DNA of 64,000 bases. Source: the human T2T-CHM13v2.0 reference genome, Homo sapiens. Shown here one piece after another: positions 63,423 to 64,000 of this stretch. Every line of letters begins with the position of its first letter. The stretch's first letter is position 1. The position numbers and the translations under genes are program-made. The stretch is from assembly GCF_009914755.1 (NCBI RefSeq), contig NC_060936.1. The stretch is one strand, 5' to 3'. The notes below the pieces were generated by a model, which saw only the letters and a program-made list of their open reading frames with translations, was not told the origin of the DNA and did not search any database.

Positions 63423-64000
63423 GGGAATGGTCCCAGAAGGTGGCCAGCCCACTCGGTCAACCGGGTGGAACCCAGGCCACTCCACCCTCAGGGGAAAACG
63501 GGCGCCTGGTGAGACTGAGGAGCTCTTTGTGCAAGGGGCAGGGTGGGTGGACAAGAGGGGCTGCTGTTACTCACTAACCAAAGAAATAGAAGGATATTCC
63601 CGTTTGGTCAATGGCCCGCCTGTCTGTCCCCTGAGCCCCCGCCTCCTTCTGTGGCCTTTCCAATGCCCTGACCTCATCTGGAGACCGGCAAGGGCTTCCT
63701 GTGCGCCTGGTGTGGTCTCGTGTGATCCTCCCTCACCGATGAGGAAACATGCTCAGAGAAGTGATGTAACCTCCTTGGGGTCACACAGCCGGCAGTGGCC
63801 AGGGCTCGGGGCAGAAAGGGGAAACCAATGCTCAGGAAGGGGCTAGGGGTGGGAAGGAAGTCAGAGTCACATTGAAAGTGAGGCCCTGTCCCTTCCTCAT
63901 TCCTGTCCGGCCACTGGGGTGCCAGCTCATGGGCTGCAAGGGCACCCGAGGTTGAAGGAGCCCAGGCCAGAACAAGAGCAGCAGCCAGAATAACCCAAAT

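Noticed and set aside
62901-63512. His/Thr-rich and Cys/Val-rich ORFs
   Set aside because: (CA/TA)n translation.

Overview
Human genomic DNA, recognised from protein sequence as the FAM222A-TRPV4 locus (chr12q24.11). The plus strand carries the last coding exon and 3' UTR of FAM222A. The minus strand carries the complete TRPV4 coding region: 15 coding exons, all with GT-AG boundaries, summing to 2616 nt (871 aa plus stop); the non-coding first exon lies beyond the right edge. The rest is Alu-dense intronic and intergenic DNA with MIR, L2, L1, MER20, THE1 and MLT1 elements and a truncated 7SL retrocopy. Four structures stand out. (1) Two roughly 1-kb mutually complementary (ATCC)n and (GGAT)n arrays sit at opposite ends of TRPV4 intron 2 and could bridge its splice sites. 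(2) A decayed copy of the TRPV4 start-codon segment lies in intron 1 between ~200-bp direct repeats. (3) A 113-bp, ~95% identical non-Alu inverted repeat lies in intron 1. (4) An in-frame 102-nt exitron lies inside exon 2. Repeat boundaries are approximate, and subfamily names are from memory of consensus sequences.
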